From: Candidatus Dadabacteria bacterium
Lineage (GTDB): Bacteria > J088
Assembly: GCA_003695505.1 (NCBI GenBank)
Contig: RFIY01000146.1
Coordinates: 1 to 32,877 of the forward strand
Length of the DNA: 32,877 nt
Direction: 5' to 3'
A model generated the notes under the pieces. That model made no database searches, had not been told where the DNA came from, and saw only the letters and a list, made by a program, of their open reading frames with translations. The position numbers and the translations under genes are program-made. Positions 1-8,490 of the stretch are shown here, one piece after another; positions within the stretch are counted from its first letter, which is position 1, and each line of letters starts with the position of its first letter.

Positions 1-339
1 GCCCTGGATGACCGCGACGTCTTCGAATGGCTTGTAACCCTCGACGTCAATGGCAACCTGATAGGCGCCCGGTGCGACCGACGAAACCGACAGCGCACCG
101 CCGTCTGATGTCAGGATCGTCCGCTCGTCTCCCGGACCGGTCAGCTTGACCGGGACGCCCGAACACAAGCCGAGGTCCTGAAGCTTGACCGTCGCGGTCA
201 GTGATAATTCGATACTCGTATTCGAGTCGAATGCAACACCGGTCGGCGCGGGTGTGACGCTATTTCCACCTGAACAGGCGGTTAGAGCACCAGAAATCAC
301 AACCGGCAGAATTCGCCGGATGTTCAACGATGAGCACAT
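1..339 (-). CDS. Putative lipoprotein, N-terminal 113 codons only (C-terminus lies beyond the left edge); carboxypeptidase-regulatory/PEGA-like beta-sandwich segment
   Basis: Not in the ORF track because there is no stop inside the window. The reverse complement of 339..1 is open for all 113 codons: MCSSLNIRRILPVVISGALTAC/SGGNSVTPAPTG...SVAPGAYQVAIDVEGYKPFEDVAVIQG. It has a basic n-region, a hydrophobic core and an L-T-A-C lipobox. In-frame TAA and TGA stops lie 16 and 17 codons upstream of the ATG (337..339). Confidence 0.6.
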   Translation of the reverse strand, partial: MCSSLNIRRILPVVISGALTACSGGNSVTPAPTGVAFDSNTSIELSLTATVKLQDLGLCSGVPVKLTGPGDERTILTSDGGALSVSSVAPGAYQVAIDVEGYKPFEDVAVIQG

Positions 340-691
340 TATTGCCACCACAGCCTCCAGACACAGTTTTCGAAACACCTGATTTTATCATTGCCTCCGC
401 GCATCTGTATGTGAGCAGCATCACGTCTGCGGCACACCGCTCCATGCAAGATCCGGTATGACCGATGTTCGATATTTTCGCGGCGACGGCCCAGGCCATC
501 ATCAGGAACCGATCGCCGATGCCGAGCCACTCGACCGCGATTTCGGAGGCGCATTTCTTACCCGAACTGCTCCGAGATTCCCAGGACACCTGGAACTGCG
601 CAACGGCTCCGCCGACCCCGCAGACTGACGCAACACATCCGGTTGACTGACGGGTTGCGCCGCAGGTTCAACAGGCTGCTAGCATGGTGCT

Positions 692-2422
692 GTGATGGAA
701 ACCTCCGAATACCGACAACGCTTCGATGAGGAATTGCGGCGGATTGCGCGCGATTCGTTTCGACTGATCACCGGAGCGGCAATCGTCATCTTCATCCTGC
801 TGATTCCGGTGAATCTGCACCTGGCGATCGCCCCCTGGAGAATCCCGGCCGTCGCGATCACGGCCACACTCGTACTGATTTTTCTGGCAACGCTGCTGCT
901 TGATCTGTGGCGGCCGCTACAACCTGCGGTAACGGTACATTTGCTCGCCGGCTTTGCCTGCCTCCTTGCCGTATCGAACATGGTTGCGTTACTCGCCTGG
1001 CAACGACCCGAGGCCAGTGGGTTCGAACTGCTGCTGTTGCTTGCGCTCGCCTATTTCATGCTGCCGACCATCTGGTTCACCGGCATTGTCGCCCTGGTCT
1101 TCGCGACATTCGAGCTGGCGGTGTGGCTGATTGGCGGCGGATCCGGATGGATGCTGTCGCGAATGCTGTTGATCATTGCGGTATTCGTATCGTACGTCAT
1201 TCGCATCGGTCGTTTTCAGAATATTTCGAAGTTACTCGATGCGCAGCTCGCACTTGGCGAACGCACGCGACAGTTGCAACGCTTGTTGCGCCAGGAGCGA
1301 CGCGACCGAACGCGGTCAGGCAATGTCCAGGACCACGGAGATGCTCCCGTCATCGATCAGGACGCGATTGATGAACTGGAGACCGAGGTGCGATTGCGAG
1401 AAGAATTATTGAGTCGCCTGAACCGGGACACGGCGACGCCGCTAACGGCTATCCTCGGGTTTTCCGACCTGCTCCTGCATCGCACGACCCAGCCAGACGT
1501 GCGCCAGTTTGCTACCTGGATTCGCCGCGCCGCGCACCGCCTTCAGTCCGGCGTCACCAATGCCCTCGACCTCACCCGGCTTGAAGCTGGAGAACTCGAG
1601 GCAACACTGGCCGTCTGCGAACTGAAACCGTTGCTGAGCAACATCGCCGCGCGTTGGGGGATCGTCGCTGAAGACCGGGGTATTGAACTGCGCACCTTTC
1701 TCGAGCCCTGTAGCGTCACGACGGATCAGGATCGCCTGGAGCGTATCCTGGACCAGCTCGTCGAAGATGCGATCCGGGCGACCGGCGATGGCTGGGTGGC
1801 CCTGTCTGCCGCCCGCACCGACGACACACATGCCGTGATCGAGATCCGCGACACTGGTAACCGATCCGCAATGTCGCCGGCCTTCCGCAAAGAAAGTGAC
1901 ATGACGTTGCAGATCGCGCAGCGTGTCGCCCGGCAAATCGCGGGTGACGTTGACATTGCAGAAGACGCCAGCGGACGGATCGTACGCATTACGCTGCCTC
2001 TGACCGCCACCACGGCCACTACCACACAAGCCAGATTCCCGCAGGACGACGAGTTGCGGGTACTCATCGTCGACGATGACCCTCAATGCCTTCGACTCGT
2101 CAGCGAGGTCCTCGGCGAAATTGCATCGATCCACACTGCGACGACACCCGATGAAGCCGTCGATCTGGTCACACAGCATCGATTCGATCTGGCATTACTC
2201 GACATCAACCTGAAGCATCCGTCGATCGATGGAACGGAACTGCTTCAGCGTCTGAGACGTCTGCCCGGCTGGCAGGATGTACCTGTCCTTGCGTTGACGG
2301 CCTACGCACTCAAACAGGATCGCGAAAACTTCCTCGACATGGGCTTCGATGGCTACGTCGCGAAACCGTTTTCACCGCAAACGCTCGCCGATCAGGTCGC
2401 ACGTTTTCTGCCGCGAAGCTGA
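692..2422 (+). CDS. Membrane-bound hybrid sensor histidine kinase-like protein with C-terminal receiver domain (kinase motifs degenerate)
   Basis: 576-aa ORF (GTG 692; ATG 695 one codon later). About 175 hydrophobic N-terminal residues (roughly 5-6 TM helices) and a coiled coil. DHp-like helix LLSRLNRDTATPLTAILGFSDLL. HATPase_c-like region LERILDQLVEDAIRAT...VIEIRDTGNRS...RIVRITLPL. Then a complete receiver domain (RVLIVDDD, ALLDINL, LALTA, VAKPF). Confidence 0.85.
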   Translation: MMETSEYRQRFDEELRRIARDSFRLITGAAIVIFILLIPVNLHLAIAPWRIPAVAITATLVLIFLATLLLDLWRPLQPAVTVHLLAGFACLLAVSNMVALLAWQRPEASGFELLLLLALAYFMLPTIWFTGIVALVFATFELAVWLIGGGSGWMLSRMLLIIAVFVSYVIRIGRFQNISKLLDAQLALGERTRQLQRLLRQERRDRTRSGNVQDHGDAPVIDQDAIDELETEVRLREELLSRLNRDTATPLTAILGFSDLLLHRTTQPDVRQFATWIRRAAHRLQSGVTNALDLTRLEAGELEATLAVCELKPLLSNIAARWGIVAEDRGIELRTFLEPCSVTTDQDRLERILDQLVEDAIRATGDGWVALSAARTDDTHAVIEIRDTGNRSAMSPAFRKESDMTLQIAQRVARQIAGDVDIAEDASGRIVRITLPLTATTATTTQARFPQDDELRVLIVDDDPQCLRLVSEVLGEIASIHTATTPDEAVDLVTQHRFDLALLDINLKHPSIDGTELLQRLRRLPGWQDVPVLALTAYALKQDRENFLDMGFDGYVAKPFSPQTLADQVARFLPRS

Positions 2423-2435
2423 GTCCTGCCAGACG

Positions 2436-5168
2436 TTATTTCGCTCCTGCGTCAAGCACGAACAACAGGGCCGCTTCGGGCTTCAGATACCGTTCGATGA
2501 CCTTCTGCACCTGCTTTCGATCGACGTGAGCAATCTCGTCCGCAAACCGTCGGACGTAGTCCCACTGCCCCTGCAGCAACTGCCCTGATGCCCACGCCGA
2601 CGCTCGTGCGGACGTGGCCTGCAACCCAATATCCATGTTGCCGAGCAGGAACCGTTTACCCCGCTCGACCTCTTCCCGCGTAATACCGGACCGACGCAAT
2701 TCATCGACAACGCGCTGGAACTCGGCAATCGATGCATCCCGTTTGTCGGGTGCACAACCAATGTAAAACGCAAAGAAGCCGGTGGCTTCAGGATAGGAAT
2801 CGAACGCGGTAACGGAATACGCGAGGCTCTTCTTGTCTCGAAGCTCGGTAAACAGCCGCCCGCCCATGCCACTCAATGCCGCGTCGAGCACGCGCAAGGC
2901 CGCGCGATCCGGAGAATGGCGGTCGACCGTCGGGAATGCCCAGATAATATGCGTCTGGTTTCCCGGATCCGCAACGCTGCGCTCGCCCCGCACAACGGGT
3001 ACGGCCGCTTCCGGGACCGTGACATCCTCCAGTTCGGACCGTCCTGTTTCGCGCCACCAGCCACGCATCTTCTGCGCAATCGCTTTCACATCGACGTCGC
3101 CAACCACCGACACGACAACCGGCAGGTGGGACAGTACCCGCCGATGAAGATCGCGCAGGTCATCCCGCGCAATCGCCTGAACAGTCTCTGTCGTGCCAAG
3201 CAACGATCGTCCGTACGGATGCGCTCCGTAGAACGCTTCGAGAAATTGCTTGTATGCATAGCGAAACTTGTTCTCGCGTGTCGCCTCGATCTCACGCAAT
3301 TGATCTGTCTTCTCGATCGTGAACTCCCGTTCCGGAAATGCGGGGTGCAGCAATACGTCGGACAGGATCGTCAGGCCCTGATCGAGATGCTCCCTCAGGA
3401 ATCGCCCGCCGAGCGATACAGTGTCCTGACCGGCCGTACCGTGGATCGATCCGCCGATCTGATCCAGTTCCTGCTCGATCTGCTGGGCGCTGCGCGACGC
3501 TGTTCCCTGATCCCAGAGATCCGCCATCAGCCGCAGGCTGCCCGCCTTCGCGGGATCCTCGACAGGCAGACCCGCCCTGAACTGGATGCTGACGCCCACG
3601 ACTGGTGTTCCGGCATCGCGCTGCACGACGAGCTGAACGCCAGGTGCCAGCTCCTCAACATGCGCGTCCGCACTGGCGACATCTTCGCTGGATGCCCGTC
3701 GCCGCGCTTTAGATGCAGGAAATGAGCGCTTCGCAACCTTCAACAGATGATCCGCCGCAGGCAGATCCTGCCCCTCGGGAACCAGAACCGCCACGTTCAT
3801 GCGCTCGGGTCGAAGCCAGCGTGCGGCCGCGGCACGCAAATCGTCGAGGGTCAGATCGCGAACGGCGGCGATGTACCGCTGTCCATAATTCGGATCGTGC
3901 ATGACCATCGCAAACCGCCCGGCATAACGCGCCATCCCCTGATAGGTCTCTTGCGCGTAAACGAAATGACTGATCACTCGTTGTTTTGCGGCCTCAAGCA
4001 GCTCCTCGGACACGTCGAGCGCCTTTGCCTCCGCGGCCGTCTTTGCCAGCTCGGCAAGGGCATCATCCAGGTTCTCGAGCTCCAGCGACGCACTGAGCAT
4101 GAACAGCCCGGGATCCACGGGCGTATAGTTGTATGCAGACACGTCATGCACAATGTCACGATCCAGTTTCAGGCGCTGATAGAGCTGCGAATTGACGCCA
4201 CTACCGAGCAGATCGCCAAGCAGATCGAGCGCCGGCACATCTGGACTGTCGAATCCGACGCCTGGGAAGACCAGTTCGACCCTTGCCAGCTCCGCCCGAA
4301 ACGGGAAAACCGTGACGCGCGGTTCCTTCTGATCAGGCTCAGGCAGCCGTGGCCGACCCGGCAGCGGCCGCGGTTCAACCTTGCCGATCGTATTGCGCAA
4401 GCGCTCGAGCAGCTCATCACGGTCGAAATCACCCGCCGCAACGAAATACATGTTGTTTGGTACATACCACTGCTGGAAAATGCGCAGCAAGGCCTCGCGC
4501 GTCGTGCGGTCCACCGTTTCCGGATAACCGATGACCGGCCGCTGGTATGGGTGCCGATGCCAGACGAGCTCGGCAATCCGGTACCACAATTCACGATCCG
4601 GGCTATCCTTTCCGCGCCGAATCTCTTCCTGGATCACCTCTTTTTCTTTCCGCAGTTCCTCCGGGTCGAACAACGGCTGCGTCACCGCATCGACCAGCGC
4701 GTCGAATGCCTGCTGCCAGAACCGGCTCGACACCGTCAGGTGGTAGACGGTCTCATCATTGCTGGTCCAGGCGTTGACATTACCACCAGCCGATTCGATT
4801 GCGGCCGCCATATCGCCTTCGGGAAAGCGCTTCGACCCCTTGAACAGCATATGCTCGAAAACGTGCGCAACGCCTGCATAAGTGGGGTCCTCGTCCGCAC
4901 TGCCAAACTGCACCCACGTCTGCAATGCCACGACTGGTGCAGCGTGATCTTCAAGCAGGATCACCCGCAATCCATTATCGAGAACGATCTGCTCGGCGTG
5001 TGCGATCGCAGAAATATCTACACCTCTGTCAAGCGAGGCCGTTTTCTGCTTCTGTTCCATTGCCTCAGTCCTTCCTGCAGTAAGCATCGCCCACAGGGCG
5101 ATCAGGGCAACCCGTCGGGTCACGATAAGCATCCTTTTTTTCTGGTGAACTGTCCGCGAAGCGTTCAT
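2436..5168 (-). CDS. Secreted two-unit M16 (pitrilysin/insulinase, PqqL-like) zinc metallopeptidase
   Basis: 910-aa ORF with a signal-like N-terminus (RRVALIALWAMLTAGRTEA). Inverted zinc motif HxxEH in GVAHVFEHMLFKGS. A second M16 repeat lacking the motif occupies the C-terminal half (GVSIQFRAGLPVEDPAKAGSLRLMADLWDQGT...). The ATG overlaps the upstream NUDIX stop (ATGA, 5165..5168). Confidence 0.9.
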   Translation of the reverse strand: MNASRTVHQKKRMLIVTRRVALIALWAMLTAGRTEAMEQKQKTASLDRGVDISAIAHAEQIVLDNGLRVILLEDHAAPVVALQTWVQFGSADEDPTYAGVAHVFEHMLFKGSKRFPEGDMAAAIESAGGNVNAWTSNDETVYHLTVSSRFWQQAFDALVDAVTQPLFDPEELRKEKEVIQEEIRRGKDSPDRELWYRIAELVWHRHPYQRPVIGYPETVDRTTREALLRIFQQWYVPNNMYFVAAGDFDRDELLERLRNTIGKVEPRPLPGRPRLPEPDQKEPRVTVFPFRAELARVELVFPGVGFDSPDVPALDLLGDLLGSGVNSQLYQRLKLDRDIVHDVSAYNYTPVDPGLFMLSASLELENLDDALAELAKTAAEAKALDVSEELLEAAKQRVISHFVYAQETYQGMARYAGRFAMVMHDPNYGQRYIAAVRDLTLDDLRAAAARWLRPERMNVAVLVPEGQDLPAADHLLKVAKRSFPASKARRRASSEDVASADAHVEELAPGVQLVVQRDAGTPVVGVSIQFRAGLPVEDPAKAGSLRLMADLWDQGTASRSAQQIEQELDQIGGSIHGTAGQDTVSLGGRFLREHLDQGLTILSDVLLHPAFPEREFTIEKTDQLREIEATRENKFRYAYKQFLEAFYGAHPYGRSLLGTTETVQAIARDDLRDLHRRVLSHLPVVVSVVGDVDVKAIAQKMRGWWRETGRSELEDVTVPEAAVPVVRGERSVADPGNQTHIIWAFPTVDRHSPDRAALRVLDAALSGMGGRLFTELRDKKSLAYSVTAFDSYPEATGFFAFYIGCAPDKRDASIAEFQRVVDELRRSGITREEVERGKRFLLGNMDIGLQATSARASAWASGQLLQGQWDYVRRFADEIAHVDRKQVQKVIERYLKPEAALLFVLDAGAK

Positions 5169-5956
5169 TCAGTTGACGGCACCGGCCAGAAGTCCGGCAT
5201 CCGCATCGACATGAAACCTGCGTCGTCGCGTTCCACCTTCGGCAGAATGGGCGCCTTTGGAAAGGCTCTCGCGAACGACAACAGTTCCTCGATGGTTCGG
5301 ATCGCCGCGATTTGCTCAAGATTGCGGAGTGTCGGAAACATCATAGGCACATCCTTTGCCGCGCGACGCAGCGCATCGGCCGGATGCACCCAGATGCCTG
5401 AAGCGACTTCCGTGGTGTGCAATTTCGGCTCCGTTCCGGCGGGTACCATCGTCACAAAAAACCATGTATCAAACCGTACAGGTATGACCACAGGCGTGAT
5501 CCAGTTGTTCCATCCCGCGACCACCCCCGTGCCCAGTTCCGGCGCGACCCGATCCAGAGCCTCCCAGAACGCATCCTCGGCCTCGATATCGACCGGCTCC
5601 CCGAGCACTGCCGCCTCTCCGATCCCTGGCAACAATCCGGTCTCTTCGTAGAGTTCACGCACGGCTGCAGCCGCAAACCCCTGCCATCGCTGCGCATCCA
5701 CGTCGCCAGGTGCATCATCGATGTGCAACCCTGCCTGTCGCAGGCGTTCCGCTCCGGCCGCGTCCTGCTCAGCGACTTTACCGCCTGGGAACACGAATTG
5801 CCCACCTGCGAAAGTCGAACCGGCCGGCCGCTGGACGAGCAACAATTCGAATCCCACGTTGTCGTCCGGACGCACGCAGATCATGGCCGCGGCAGGCCGG
5901 GGAGCAGCTTTGTCGCCGTCCCAGTTAAACAGGTCAGTGCGTCGTTCGATGTTCAC
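5165..5956 (-). CDS. NUDIX-family hydrolase with expanded Nudix-box loop
   Basis: 263 aa. FVFPGGKVAE...AAVRELYEETGLL matches the G..E / REUxEExGU halves of the Nudix box but with a long insertion between them. The RFDTWFF strand is reminiscent of NUDT19/CoA-diphosphatase-like members (recalled, not searched). Confidence 0.8.
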   Translation of the reverse strand: MNIERRTDLFNWDGDKAAPRPAAAMICVRPDDNVGFELLLVQRPAGSTFAGGQFVFPGGKVAEQDAAGAERLRQAGLHIDDAPGDVDAQRWQGFAAAAVRELYEETGLLPGIGEAAVLGEPVDIEAEDAFWEALDRVAPELGTGVVAGWNNWITPVVIPVRFDTWFFVTMVPAGTEPKLHTTEVASGIWVHPADALRRAAKDVPMMFPTLRNLEQIAAIRTIEELLSFARAFPKAPILPKVERDDAGFMSMRMPDFWPVPSTE

Positions 5957-6079
5957 GGAAAGCGCCTCGCCGGTCGTCGTTTGCGTCTCTGCGGCTACAG
6001 ATTATCATGACGACTGAAGCATTATTCATTCCGGAAGCGCATTGCTCGCCGCCCCAGAGCCGGCGAGCCATCCATACTC

Positions 6080-6085
6080 AAGGAG
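6080..6085 (+). promoter_or_regulatory. Shine-Dalgarno AAGGAG for the MaoC-like gene
   Basis: AAGGAG lies 9 nt upstream of the ATG at 6095. Confidence 0.6.
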
Positions 6086-6094
6086 CAGACAGCC

Positions 6095-7156
6095 ATGAAC
6101 ATCATTCGCAAGCAGACCGGACATTTCCTTGAAGATTTCGCGCCCGGCCAGGTCTATCGTCACAAACGAGGCAAGACGGTGACCGAAGGCCTGTTCAACG
6201 ACTTTACCGATTTCTCGTTTACGACCAATCCGCTGTCGAAGAACCTGGAGTATGCGCGATTGTACGGTTTCCGGGGTCTCGTCTGCCCGCCCGGTCTCGT
6301 CATGAATGTCGTATTCAGCCAGACCGTCGAGGATATTTCTGAAAATGCACGGGCCAACCTTGGCTACAAGGACATGAAATTTGGCGTCCCGTTGTATATT
6401 GGCGATACAATTGAAGTCGAAACAAAAATTCTCGAAGTCATTCCCAGCAGCAAAAACGATGACCGGGGCGTTGTAACCGTGCAAAGTACGGGTCGAAATC
6501 AGCATGGCGAAGTTGTGCTGACCTTCCAGCGATCGGTACAGATCTGGAAGCGCGACCCGAAAAATCCGGTGGAGCATCAGAAGCTCGACGATCCCGACCT
6601 GGTCGAGGCGACCCCGGTGCTCCCGGACTATGACACCAGCAGGGATTACGCCGGCAAGTCACACCTCACCACCAGCGACAGCTATTTTGAGGACTTCGAG
6701 CCGGGTACATTGATCGAGCACAGCCGGGGGCGTGTCGTCACCGATGAGCATATCTCGTTGACCGGGAAACTGGACAACACGTCACAGGTGCATTGCAATC
6801 AGTACCTGATCGATGCCAATCCGGGCAAATACATCGGTGGCAAGCTGCTCGTCTATGGCGGTATCCCGTTCAATCTTTGTCTGGGGCTGAGCTGCCCGGA
6901 CGTTGGGGAAAATGCACTCAGCGACGTGCGCTACGCTTCAGGGAAGCATACGGCTCCGATTTTCGTGGGAGACACCGTCTTTGCTTCGACCGAGATCACC
7001 GGCAAACAGGAATTTCCGGATCGCGAAGATCTTGGCCTGCTGCAAACCATCCTGCGCGGCTACAAGATGGTTCAGAAGGACGGGAACTGGGAACGCGTAC
7101 AAATCTTTGAACTGGAGCGTGAACTGGCCGTCAAGCGGCGTAGTCACTACGCCTGA
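6095..7156 (+). CDS. Double hot-dog MaoC-family enoyl-CoA hydratase/dehydratase, mesaconyl-CoA hydratase (Mch)-like
   Basis: 353 aa in two hot-dog halves. First half: FLEDFAPGQVYRHKRGKTVTEG...VMNVVFSQTVEDISENARANLGYKDMKFGVPLYIGDTIEVETKI...WKRDP. Second half: LLVYGGIPFNLCLGLS...HTAPIFVGDTVFASTEI. The pattern and length resemble 2-methylfumaryl(mesaconyl)-CoA hydratase as I recall it. The family call (MaoC) is solid; substrate specificity is tentative. Confidence 0.8.
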   Translation: MNIIRKQTGHFLEDFAPGQVYRHKRGKTVTEGLFNDFTDFSFTTNPLSKNLEYARLYGFRGLVCPPGLVMNVVFSQTVEDISENARANLGYKDMKFGVPLYIGDTIEVETKILEVIPSSKNDDRGVVTVQSTGRNQHGEVVLTFQRSVQIWKRDPKNPVEHQKLDDPDLVEATPVLPDYDTSRDYAGKSHLTTSDSYFEDFEPGTLIEHSRGRVVTDEHISLTGKLDNTSQVHCNQYLIDANPGKYIGGKLLVYGGIPFNLCLGLSCPDVGENALSDVRYASGKHTAPIFVGDTVFASTEITGKQEFPDREDLGLLQTILRGYKMVQKDGNWERVQIFELERELAVKRRSHYA

Positions 7157-7171
7157 GCCGGTGCACTTGCG

Positions 7172-7195
7172 GCGCCGTGCCTTCAGGCGCGGCGT
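7172..7195 (+). terminator. GC-rich hairpin between convergent genes (possible intrinsic-like terminator for the MaoC transcript; no U-tract)
   Basis: Arms GCGCCGTGCC (7172..7181) and GGCGCGGCGT (7186..7195) around loop TTCA give a 10-bp stem (8 Watson-Crick + 2 G-U) in the plus-strand RNA. It starts 16 nt after the MaoC stop. The loop and right arm overlap the 3' end of the minus-strand gene. Confidence 0.25.
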
Positions 7196-8490
7196 CGCAG
7201 CTTCCAGAAATAATGCGGGGTTTGTCCGCTCTCGCCGTCGTGGTATCGCCTCAAGGCCATCTCGACCGGCGTACCGATCGGGCAATCGTGCGCCAGATCG
7301 TCGGTGCCCTGCAGATATGCGCGCCCACCACCATCCAGGTCGGCCACAATCATCGACGTGGGCGGATCAAGGGAGGGGTGCAGGTGGTCGATCGTACCCG
7401 TGAACACAGTACCGGTAGCGGCGACAGGTTCCCGTCGCCCCTCACGCTGGCCGCAAACAATGCAATTCTGCTGCGCGGGCCAGCTCAGTTCGCCGCACGC
7501 GGCGCAGCGAAATCCCATGCGTTCGAGCTGCCACGACGCCTCGCGCCAGCCGAGGCTGGATGACATCTCGACGCCTGACTGGATATGGCCATCGCGGCGG
7601 CGGAAGGCGGCCCAGCGCCCGGGTGGAATCGCCCGGGCGGCCTGCCAGCGAGGCATCAGAATTTGCACTGGCTGTCCGGTGTCCGCCAGTTCGAACAGAA
7701 GAACGGTCGCACCTGCCCCCGGAACAACGAGTGCAACGCGATCGCCCGGTTGCATGCCCTCCATCGCACGCGCCAGCGTGAACGCGGGATCCGCGCCGCG
7801 CGCATACCCGATCTGTCCAAAGTCTGATCCGACGACGTGCGCCCATCCGCGACGTTGCACCTGTTTCCAGACGCCCGGCAGCGGACAACTCACCGCGATT
7901 CTGTCACGCTCCGGTCGGATGTTCAATACTGAAAACGCCTCATCGCACGCCGAAAACAGTGCGGCCTGATCGGGCGCACTCCAGTCGAGCTGACATCCGC
8001 CAGCTCCATTGCGCCAGACCGGCAACGGCCCTTCGTTTTGCCAGTTTCCGACGAGCTGCAGCGGGGCATCCTCGCGCCAGGCAATTGCTGCGCCGGCATC
8101 GGCATGCCAGGTCGCAACAGGCTCATCAGATCTGGCCCAACTGACGACACCCCAGGCAACATCAAGTATTGCGACCTGATCCGATGCAAGCAGATCCCAA
8201 CCCGCCCGGGGCCCCTGCCCGAGTTCGATGACATGTCGCCCCATGGCCCGGCCGATCACGGACTGGGCGCGTACGGAAACGGTCACATCCTCAAGCGAGA
8301 CGGCCAGCGGAATATCAAGGTCGTGATTCAGTCGCGTCGCCGCATCCCAGGCGAGCGTCAGTCCGTCCTCGTCGGCACCAGCAACCGGGCGGTTTCCTTG
8401 CGCGCCACGCCCACCGTGCAGCGCCGCCACGGACGCGCGCTCGACGCCCCGATACGGCAGCCACAGGGCTATCGACGCAATCCCGCTCAT
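7183..8490 (-). CDS. Thiolase-fold (HMG-CoA synthase/KAS III-like, apparently non-catalytic) domain fused to C-terminal DUF35 zinc-ribbon + OB-fold acyl-CoA-associated domain
   Basis: 435 aa. The N-terminus [51 protein letters not shown] resembles the start of HMGCS/KAS III-type condensing enzymes. ADAGAAIAW and [37 protein letters not shown] match the two thiolase-fold halves. The C-terminus [21 protein letters not shown]...[11 protein letters not shown]...[18 protein letters not shown]...[11 protein letters not shown] is a typical DUF35_N zinc ribbon + OB fold. The ATG overlaps the pdxJ stop (ATGA, 8487..8490). Confidence 0.75.
   Translation of the reverse strand: MSGIASIALWLPYRGVERASVAALHGGRGAQGNRPVAGADEDGLTLAWDAATRLNHDLDIPLAVSLEDVTVSVRAQSVIGRAMGRHVIELGQGPRAGWDLLASDQVAILDVAWGVVSWARSDEPVATWHADAGAAIAWREDAPLQLVGNWQNEGPLPVWRNGAGGCQLDWSAPDQAALFSACDEAFSVLNIRPERDRIAVSCPLPGVWKQVQRRGWAHVVGSDFGQIGYARGADPAFTLARAMEGMQPGDRVALVVPGAGATVLLFELADTGQPVQILMPRWQAARAIPPGRWAAFRRRDGHIQSGVEMSSSLGWREASWQLERMGFRCAACGELSWPAQQNCIVCGQREGRREPVAATGTVFTGTIDHLHPSLDPPTSMIVADLDGGGRAYLQGTDDLAHDCPIGTPVEMALRRYHDGESGQTPHYFWKLRRRA

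Noticed and set aside
465-650. 61-aa ORF in the 340..691 intergenic region
   Set aside because: There is no Shine-Dalgarno sequence and no recognisable motif. It is overlapped by an equally unconvincing minus-strand ORF (260..589) that runs in a different frame into the lipoprotein gene start.
3747-5651. 634-aa plus-strand ORF, one of the longest in the track
   Set aside because: It lies entirely antisense to the M16 peptidase and NUDIX genes, which carry clear family motifs (HxxEH, REUxEExGU). Its translation is Arg/Pro/Gly-rich with no recognisable motif. This is a typical shadow ORF of a GC-rich genome.
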